Part shown: one piece after another, positions 37,743 through 46,988 of the stretch
How positions within the stretch are numbered: the first letter of the stretch is position 1
Layout of the letters: the number at the start of each line of letters is the position of its first letter
Source: Chromera velia
Taxonomy: Eukaryota
Reading direction: 5' to 3'
DNA length: 46,988 nt
Assembly (NCBI GenBank): GCA_018398765.1
Contig: JAHBMJ010000430.1
Span: forward strand, 1-46,988
Program-made: the position numbers and the translations under genes
Notes under the pieces: generated by a model
Told to the model about the DNA's origin: nothing
The model's input: the letters and a program-made list of their open reading frames with translations, nothing else
Database searches by the model: none

Positions 37743-40141
37743 CAGTTTGAGGATCAGGCCAGGCAGGAGCTTCTTGACGAAGCGGTAGAGCAGCACAACA
37801 AGGACTACTCAGGGTATCTGGCAAGTCTCAAGTCCACTCACCAGAGGGAACACTCTTTGGCCACGGTTTGTCCCGGAGCGATGGACGTGGCCTCCGCCGC
37901 CGTCTCCGGAACCGCCACTGTGCTCATCTCTCCGGATGCTGCACCCCCCGAGGGCTCGTTGACGCGACACAGCCGGACCATGAGAGGGGCTGCCTTGTAC
38001 CAGGTCCGCCGTGGAGTCTTTTTGTGTATCCAGATCTGTATGTACATGCATGCGTTTGCGGCTGCTTGTGCTTCGACACTCCCCTCACTGCAAAACCTAT
38101 TTCCCTTTCTCAAGTGCTCTCCATTCCTGCACCGCTCGCTCTCCCTTTGCTGTTCTGTCCCACATGTTTTCAAATTAGCGAAAATGAGGGAAAGGGCGCA
38201 CACCAGCAGAAACCAAGAAGTTGTAGGTACACACATACACAAAAAAGACAAAAAAGGATTGTAAGTCTGGCATGACCTTGACCGAAACAGCGAAGTAATC
38301 GCCAAGTACTGCTGCTTGGTTGTCTGCCGATTGTTGCAGGAGAGAGGAGGAGAAGGGAAGGACGCAGGTGGACAGAGTGGGACCATTCCAAAGGAGGTCG
38401 GTTGATATCTTTCATTCGAGAGAGGGATTCTCCTCACAGGGATTAAATCAAAACCTCAGACGCGCCCATGCAGAGAGTTAATAGAGGGGCAAATGTACAT
38501 TGGGTTCTATTGTGATGAAAAACAAAACAGACAGGCCTATCCAGAGACTCAACAAAGAGGCAAAAATGAACAGGGAGTGCTACGGTGAACTGGTGGAGAC
38601 ATCGGAGAGGAAATTGCAAGGATGTCTATTCTTCGGGAAATGGGTCTTTTTGATCGGGTGTAGCCAGGGAAAGGCTGTTTCTTGTTTTCAGGGGTTTCGC
38701 CTTTTCCAGGCTGTGAATTTCTTGTTTTCAGAGGTTTCTCCTTTTTCAGGCTGTTGATGTCTTGTTTTCAGAGGTTTCCCCTTTTTCAGGCTGTTGATTT
38801 CTTGTTTTCACAGGTTTCTCCTTTTTCAGGCGGTTGATTTCTTGCTTTCAGAGGTTTCCCCTTTTTCAGGCTGTTCATTTCTTGTTTTCAGGCTGTTGAT
38901 GTCTTGCTTTCAGAGGTTTCCCCTTTTTCAGGCTGTTGATTTCTTGTTTTCAGAGGTTTCTCCGTTTTCAGGCTGTTGATGTCTTGCTTTCAGAGATTTC
39001 CCCTTTTTCAGGCTGTTGATTTCTTGTTTTCAGAGGTTTCCCCTCTTTCAGTTGCACCGTCTTTTAAGACCCCTCCGCGAGACACTCTCCTTTCATCTTC
39101 TTGCATTCCTTTCTCGTGCAGCGACTTGGCTTCTATGCAGACACACAGGCCGTAACAAACGCAACCGAACTCCTGGCACATGACAAGAGGGGGTCGGTCA
39201 GTCATGATTCATAAGGGTGGGGAAGGGGGGCAGAATGGGGGGAAGGGGGAAGGGGGCAGCGTGGAAGGGCGGTTGCATGACTGCGTGAGGATTTCAAGAA
39301 AGATGGTCGAGATTCTGTCAATGCGTGGCCACTCCTGTCTGAGTTCAGTGCTCGCCTCTACGTGCATGTCTGTAGGTTCACGCCTACTTGCCTGTTTTGC
39401 CTGTTGAACTAAAGGGGTGTGTCACGATTGAATTGAATGCAGAACTGCCATCCTGACAAGTGCCACCACCGGCCAGTCCTGTTTCGGGAAGGACTCTAGC
39501 TTCTCTCAACCTATACAGGAATATCTTCGGGTCAGTGCACTCACTAGCCATGCGAGTCACTTGGTCAAATAGGGGATTTGGTTGCATCTGACAGTAGATG
39601 CGGAGTCCGTTCTTTTCGCTTTTACGGGTCTCACTTTGATCGAAATCCCTGGAAATAAACGGAAAAAGGTCAGAGACAGAGCAACTCTCTGTTTTGATAT
39701 TATCCTGGCTGCGTGCTGGAGAAACGTTTAGGAAAAGCAATTGTAAAGCCTCTTTCCCCCTCGATCCTGCCGTCTGATTCTCATGCCTTCCGCCTCATAA
39801 ATTGCACGGTATGCTCTTTCTTTTTTGCTGTGCAGGGACCTCTACAGGACGCAGATGACGCAACACTCGTGCATGCATTTATTTTCATACTCATACAGAA
39901 TTCTTTTTCAGGGAGAGAATAAATGCATGCATGCTCTTTTTTGCAGGGACCTCTAAAGGACGCAGACGACGCAACACTCGTGAATCAAATGCAGACAGGA
40001 AGAGGGACAGGGGGGAAGGAGGGACTCTCTCTGACACGGGATGAGGTCGTGAACAGGCACCCTATCAAGAAGGTCTGTCTGTATGCTTTCTCTGTCTCTC
40101 TGTCTCTCTATCTCTCTGTTTCTCTGTCTCTCTGTCTATTA

Positions 40142-40174
<33 letters not shown>

Positions 40175-40792
40175 GCCTGTCTGTCTGTCTGTCTGTCTCT
40201 CTGTCCGTCTGCCTTGCTGATTTTCTTTCAATCCTCTCTCTTGGTTTTGCGCTGCTTCGTCTAATAAATGAATCTCTGAAGCAAAACGCACAGCTTTGCA
40301 GAACACGCACAATCATTCAGCATCACTGCAGAAGGGTGGAGGGGATGTCAGGTCCCCACACGCTTTCTTTGACCTTCTCTCTGCAGCAGTTCTACTCTGC
40401 TTCTGACTTCCTTCCTCCCACTGCCCCGCATGCACCCTCAACCGCCTCAGCACTGTTAAATGATTCCATCAGTGCATGCCCCTCGATCACGCCGCCCCAC
40501 CCCATCCCCCCCTGGCGGCCTTCCTTCCTCTGTTCAGGAAATCCCCATGCTCGTCAAACTGCGACAGCTCATCTCGGATCTGGCCACTTCAAAGTCAGCA
40601 ACCATTGCATTTGGACAATGAAGTATGTCAATAAAAATTGTCTTGCTTCTTGACTCAACATACAGGCTACCGTCAGACTCCATCCCTCTCCCAAGCTTTT
40701 GTGTGAAGAGGCCTGTAAAGTCTCTGTTTGTCCCCGCGTCGCTGGGTGCGCGGATGTGTGTAGACAGGTATTTGGATAGATATCGACATGCA

Positions 40793-40839
<47 letters not shown>

Positions 40840-41362
40840 ATACATGTACGTGAGCGTGTCTGTTTGACTTCAGGTTTGGGTCTGCGGCATTTCTGGGAGT
40901 CCACGCGGCTCTGCAGGCGATGGCAGACGGGACCTCGGGTCTCATCGCAACATCTGGTGAGGGGGGGTGGACATGGATGGATCCGAGAGATTGCGCTGGA
41001 CTGGGAGGGAATGCTGTTGTTTGGATATGGTCTGATGTGTCTTTGATTTCAGTCTTCTGATATCGTCTTGTTCTCCAGCCTTGAAACTCAAATTTAGATT
41101 CGTTCGCAGGAGACAGACTTCAGAAAGGGAAAAGTATGCTGACAGGAAAGATGTGACACAAGAAAGATCTCAAATGACTCGATCGTAATGCAAATTTCTT
41201 TTGTTTCTAATATCCCTGCCCTGCCTGATGCAGATGTCATCGGCTTCATCAGAGAATCTCTCGGGGTGCCTGAAGAGGCAGTGGTCAGTCTCTCTGTTCG
41301 CACTCTGATGCATTTTCTGTTGGTCATGGGTCGAGTAAAAGTGATTTTGCTTACTTGTGTGT

Positions 41363-41394
<32 letters not shown>

Positions 41395-43811
41395 CCCCGT
41401 AAAATGTGAACATCTATCTCTTCATTCTTCCCTCGTGCTGCCGTCATGTGTTCCCTCCATCCTGTCCTGCTAGTCGCCGATCGAAGTGTGATTGCTTCCT
41501 CAGGATGGATACTGCAGTGTGCTTTCTTTGCGGGCCTCCACCAAGTAATGCATTCAATTGCTTTCTTGTTTACGTGTGACCGACCCGGAGTTCTGTCCCC
41601 TTTTGTTTGTGCCTGCAGAGTGAAGAGGAACTGCAAATCTTCCTCTCTATTCTGGAAACAATGGACAAGGGAAAGGTTGGTAATGCATTTACTTTCATAC
41701 AGAATTCTGTATCAAAGTAAATAAACACACTTCCTCTCTATTCTCGAAACAATGGAAAAGGGAAAGGTTGGCAAGCAAAGCACAAAAGACAGCTCGCTCA
41801 CTCGAATTAATGCTCTTTTGAATCGTCCTCTTCCGATGCATGGTAAATGAAATGAAATCTGCCGCACAGGCATAGTAAGTGTCAGCAAGAGACGTTCACA
41901 GCTCAAGCACACGAGGTATCGTACTGTTCTCCGCCTCGCACAAAGAGAAAACAGGACGCTCGGTGTCGTCGTCTGTAAGAGCACGAAGTACTTTTAAGTC
42001 CACAATCGCTTGTCCACATGAACATCAAGCATTGCAATCACAGCCATTCCCCTAAATGAATTGGTTTTTGTTCTTCTATCCATGCAATTGCAGGTCCAGG
42101 TCCAGCGCCTCCATGATCACATCCGTCCCCAAACTCCCCGAGTCCGCTTGGCCGCCATCGAGGAGGCCGTACAGAGAATCCTGGACTCGCACGGAGTCCC
42201 CAGAGAACAGATTGACGACACACTCGTGACACTCAAAGTCAGTCGACAGCCTGTATGGGAGGAGAGAGATTGAAAGAGTCCACTGCAAGTCCGGAATGAA
42301 AAAGGTTGCATACAAGGATTTGTGTTTGTTGTGAAAGAGAACCAACAAAGGGGGGGTAAGAGTCCAACATCACCCTTGTGCATTTGGACACACTTTCTTC
42401 GCCCCCCCCCGGATCTCTCTTTTGCTCACTGTCCCTCCATCCATTTCCCCCCTGTCCGTGATATATTTCTGTCTGTCCGTGATATATTTCTGGCCCCCTT
42501 CTCCCCCCCCCCGTTTCTCATGCAAGCAGACCCAAACGAATCTGAACTCCCTCGCCTTCAAAGTCGACGCCCGTTTTGTTGAGGAAGGGGTGCCCTTGAA
42601 CACCGTGCCCTTCGACGACAGGACGCTCGAGAGAGTGACCAGCATCGGCACGCAGAAACTCAGCGGCATCGGGGGAAGCATGCCGGTGCGTTGTGTTTGT
42701 CTCAATCAAACAGACAGAATGAGGAACAGGGATGATGGTAAGAATTCTCTCGTGAAGGACAATCTATCTGATGTGATTCGAAAATGAATGAAAAGATACG
42801 TTAAGGAGTTGAAAGAGGGCACTGAAGGTTCGTGATACTGTCTCTGAATACGTACACAAGATGAAGGATCCGTACGTGAATGCACAAAGGCGTAAAACCA
42901 ATGGGGACACACATCTGTATCCGGTGACTTTGAGATAAAGTCAACATTTAGAAACTGAATGTTTACAATCAGCTGTACGTGTACGCTTTGTTGCTTGCTC
43001 TCTTCGGGGACTTGCAGGGTAGCGGTGGGGGTGCGGCGAATCTCGCTGTGAGGGTTCAGGACATTGAGGCTTTGCTTCCTGCGGACCCTCCGGTCAGTCG
43101 ATCGTGTTCCTTTTTTCTTTCTTCCTTTTTATTCTCTATTTGTCGTCTGTTTTTTTGTGTTTTTGCTATTGATCATGATTCGAACGACGGTCTGGTTTTT
43201 TTTCCATTTTTTGTTTCACGTTCATCGGCTCTTTTTGTTCCGCCCTGAAGGATCCTTCAGGGNNNNNNNNNNNNNNNNNNNNNNNGGGGGGGGGGGGGAA
43301 GAAGAACGATCCGTTCGGAACTCCATGAGATGGAAATCGGCTTGTTTATTTTGATCGGGGTACAAGAGTAACCGTATGACCCACTATCTGCTTTTGTCTC
43401 TTATTTACCTCTACACATATGCATGGCAGTGCCAAAATCCGTATCTGAATGCCCGATTACGCACTTTGTCCTCTTTCTTTACTTTTTGGTGCAGGCACTG
43501 AGGGAAGAATTCCGCAATTTTTGCAGCACGAAAGGGCCATCTTATTGTGGTCAGTTGGGGTGTGCGCAGTCGCTCTTGTGTCTCCTGTCCTTGGTTATTT
43601 TCCTTTCCGTTTTCTTCTCTCTCAGTTGTCCATCTGACCCTACAGTTCTGCTCTTGTTTGTCCATGCCTGCATTCATCTGCAGGTCCTCCCCCCTCATAC
43701 CACACACGCACTTTTCTGACCGCTCGATCATGCATACTCTTCTTCTGGATCCCTCCTGCCTTTTGATCTTTGATTCATATACTCAATTCCCTCTTTCTTG
43801 CTTTCTTTCTT

Positions 43812-43889
<78 letters not shown>

Positions 43890-44640
43890 CATGCTTGCAG
43901 TCTCTTTCCTGACCCGGCGGACCCTCGTGGAAGTCCTTCAGGTCGGTCGGGGAGGGAGGGACTGTCTGTCTGTCAGTGAGGGCTTAATTCTGTGTGTGTA
44001 AGGGGCTTTCTTTGGAAATGGAGAGCTTCTCCGTGCAAGAGGAGAGACAGGGCAGACAGCGGGGCGGCATGCAAAGAGAGCAAGAGTACCAGAAAGTTCC
44101 CAAAACAGAATCGGGTACCCAGAGATGCACAATTAGAAAGCATGACAGACACCTTGCCGCCATGTCGATGTGAATAAATCTAGAAACCAAGAAGTGAATA
44201 AGAAGGTATCAGATTTTATAGAGGTGTATACAATGTAGCCACTGGGGTTTGTAGAGCTGCATGGGTGGACAGCAGGGGTCCTTCCTGATCTGATCGTACC
44301 CTTCGACTTTCTGTGAGTTCTCTATCTACATGCCAACTCGTGGACTGGTACCAGTGAATGAAAAGAGTCTATTTTTGTACTCTTTATTTCTTCCTGTCTG
44401 TCTGTCTGTCTGTCTGTCTGTCTGCCTGCCTGTCTGTCTGTCTTTCTGTCTGTCTGTCAGTCTGCGAGAAGAGGAAGAAACATATAGTCTGTCTGTCTGC
44501 GAGAAGAAGAAGAAGAAACATATAGTCTGTCTGTCTGCGTGTCTGTGTGGATCTTCCTTCCTTCCTTCTGATTTCAGGACCTGAGCGCCGGCATGGCAGA
44601 GGACGACGCCGGCTTCTTCGGTCTCCTTGCGGGGCTCTGA
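36811..44640 (+). CDS. NWE-motif axonemal microtubule-inner-protein-like (SPAG8/FAP143-like N-half) with a helical C-terminal extension, 16 exons, ~598 aa
   Basis: Exons 36811-37227, 37746-38003, 38340-38396, 39122-39192, 39443-39530, 39947-40072, 40538-40593, 40874-40956, 41234-41283, 41619-41675, 42094-42237, 42530-42685, 43018-43092, 43495-43549, 43901-43941 and 44578-44640 join into one open frame. Motifs: TLVGNWMEE and FGKDSSFSQPIQEY. Confidence 0.7.
38672..39050 (+). repeat. Intronic minisatellite, ~39-bp unit, about 10 copies
   Basis: The unit is GGCTGTTGATTTCTTGTTTTCAGAGGTTTCCCCTTTTTCA, with variants. Confidence 0.9.
39872..39930. mobile_element. Short palindromic insert, family 1, copy B
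   Basis: CATGCATTTATT...AATAAATGCATG terminal inverted repeats enclose TCATACAGAATTCTTTTTCAGGGAGAG. The insert is flanked by direct repeats 39811-39871 / 39931-39982. Confidence 0.75.
41681..41729. mobile_element. Short palindromic insert, family 1, copy C
   Basis: The hairpin TTTACTTTCATACAGAATTCTGTATCAAAGTAAA is flanked by a 42-bp direct repeat at 41639-41680 / 41730-41771 (2 mismatches). Confidence 0.75.
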
Positions 44641-44743
44641 GGGGAAAGGGAGAAGGCTGAAGGAAAGGATGAAGGGGCCATACATACGTTCAAGTGGCAG
44701 AAGCTAGGGACTGTCTGGAAAGGGAGAGAAAGGAGGCTGAGCT

Positions 44744-44778
<35 letters not shown>

Positions 44779-45254
44779 AAGTGAGGAAGACAGAACAGAA
44801 GAAGCTACCTGGGAGCAGACGGGAAAACCTGGAGCACTCGCTTGAAACGAGTTCGTTTTGTCTCTGGAGGTGTAGGCAGGTTCTTTTGGAAGAAGTGTGT
44901 AGAGCATAGGGAAGCGCTGTCATCCTCATACGCTTCTTGTCTCTCCTTGTGAGAGCAGCTTCGTCGGTTGGAGATTGCTGCCAATTCCTAGGGACAAAAA
45001 CGCACGCTACGCTTGCTTGTCTGGTGCATCTGTCGACGGAGAATGAAAGGGTGGCAGTCTGACTAAGTATTAATAAAAACGCTCAAAGTCAACCGACTGC
45101 GTGCGTGCTTGAGGGCTTGGACTTGGAGGGCGAAGAAATGACCGGGTCTGGGCTTGCTCTGAAAAGATAGTTCAAAGTTGACTGTATACGGAGATACACA
45201 AAATGGTGCATTTGTGTCTCTACGTGTCTGCCAGTGTCTTCCTCTCTGTCTGTA

Positions 45255-45289
<35 letters not shown>

Positions 45290-46988
45290 CGCGCGCGCTC
45301 TCTCTCTCTCCTCGCATCTTTTTCCCTCTAATTCTTCCCCCCCCGCCGCTCTCTCTCTTGTTCTTTCTCTCTCTCAAAGTACATCTCTCTCATTACCTCC
45401 CTTTTTTGTTCTTTTTGGCTTGCTTTCTCTCTGTGTGTCTGTATATGACTATATTGCTATATTATGACATCTAGTATCTATTTAGATCAAGCATGGCCCC
45501 CCGGGAATTGCACTCTAGGCGTGACTAAGGCGTGAGACACGCGTATGATATCTTCTGCCACATGGCAGCTAGGACATTAAAAGTCTATTAATTTAATTCC
45601 TGCATCTGCCCAGGAAGACTGCCGTGCAGTTAGCTGCATGCTAGGCTGCATGGCCTCTCGCTATCCTCAGGCTTCTGCTTTGATGGATCTTCCCTTATTT
45701 ATAGTTTACACTAGAACTAGTTACTAGTAGTTTTCAAATATAAACGAATTAATAAAAGCTAATGAATGATACTCAATTAATGTTCATGTAAAATCTGGTT
45801 CACTTCTTTTTAAGACTGTTTAGATTTTATATTTTTAATTATTCAAGTTTATTATTTTGTTCTAATAGATTTGATTTCACTCTAGTAATGAACTTTGACG
45901 GTTACTACCTTAGACGACAAAATTATTGAATAAACTTCATATCAAAGAAATCAATTCAGAAAACTAGCTGAAAAGTAGAAGAAATACTTTCAGTGAAACT
46001 ATATTTCTTACTAATTTTGTAAAAATGTGTTTTTTGCATATCGTGAACGACCCTAGGGGTACCAAATGACCCACCTTAGCTTCAATAGTAATTATATAGG
46101 CAAAGATGACCCAATATAACCCTAAAATCATAGTAGTAAGTATACTAGCCCCCAAACTCTTAAAAAGGAAAGCTTGATCCAATACTGTCCCCAAAAATGA
46201 AATTTTGCTAAACTTTAAAATTTTATTCAATAATTTTGTCGCCTAGGGTGTGCAACGATCCTTATTATTATATAAAGAAACAAAACTATAAAGTATTTTA
46301 CTGTTATAAAATTTTGAAAAATTGTTCTTTGTATGATAATTATATACATTGACTGGGACCCTCGTATCTTTAACATACATTACAAAAACAACTTTAATCA
46401 AACTTTACCTAATCACATTTCCAGTCCAACACCGAGTGTCACTTTTTCTTTATCCCACCGCACAAGCCACGGATCGATCTAGCTGGTAGACACCCTTTGT
46501 ACAACAAGCTGCAACCGTGCCAAATAGTTTTTTCTTCTCTCAGTCATCATGTACTTCTCCGGATTTGCACATATTTCATCTTTATCATATCTTTCTATCA
46601 TTTTTTATCCTGTGAAGTCAGGGAAGGTGATCAGTAACCTGAATGCAGCCCTTTCCTGCTGCCCCATCTAAACTGATCTAAGTCTACTCTGTCATCTTTG
46701 TGCACATATCAAAGTCTCTTAACAGGTTATCTCATAGCTTTTCAACAGTAAAGCAAGCCCCCAAAATTTTATAGTTTGGAAACTGGTTTTTTGTTTTGAC
46801 TGTCATCTTTAACTCATGCACAAGTGCAGCTTCCTTCCTTTAAAAAGTTTTCAATGCTTTCACTCTTTAGCATCGCTTTTCATTTGAATGATAAGTGATG
46901 TCATAGCGTTTCTTTGCGTGCTGTCGCCCCCTCCTTTCTCTGGCTTCTTGATCTTCATCCTTGTCAGTGCAGCTTGTTGTTCTGATAT

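Noticed and set aside
38672..39050. CRISPR-like array
   Set aside because: The units are contiguous with no unique spacers; it is a eukaryotic intronic minisatellite.
40387..40653. Alternative terminal exon ending the NWE gene at 40653, with a separate gene from 40920
   Set aside because: Exons 40538-40593 and 40874-40956 join both parts in phase with good splice sites, and no promoter module lies between them.
46400..46988. Possible decayed coding sequence on the minus strand
   Set aside because: It has frequent stops and no recognisable motif, and it is truncated by the window edge.

Overview
This is intron-rich eukaryotic nuclear DNA, most likely from an alveolate of the chromerid/apicomplexan-related kind. 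That assignment is inferred from an ISP-like PH protein, a type I glutaminyl cyclase, TGCATGCA promoter clusters and microsatellite-rich introns. Eight spliced protein genes could be assembled by hand with consistent exon phases: glutaminyl cyclase (-), RER1 (+), a KLC-type TPR protein (-), a C-type-lectin mucin (+), MLH3 (-), an ISP-like PH protein (-), a multi-TM LRR protein (+) and a 16-exon NWE-motif flagellar-type protein (+). The window also holds a probably intronic tRNA with a Lys-like body but a GTT anticodon, a non-autonomous hAT element with a BED-finger remnant, a 2.1-kb EnSpm/CMC-like element with ~255-bp TIRs, and a small MITE. Three signals stand out. (1) Two families of tiny (49-80 bp) inserts sit between unusually long (~40-75 bp) direct duplications of host sequence, mostly across splice junctions, and one appears to have created an intron. 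(2) The splice-donor code is dominated by GTC-N-G (34 of 49 inferred introns). (3) The tRNA has a mismatched body and anticodon. Gene models are manual and have not been checked against transcripts.
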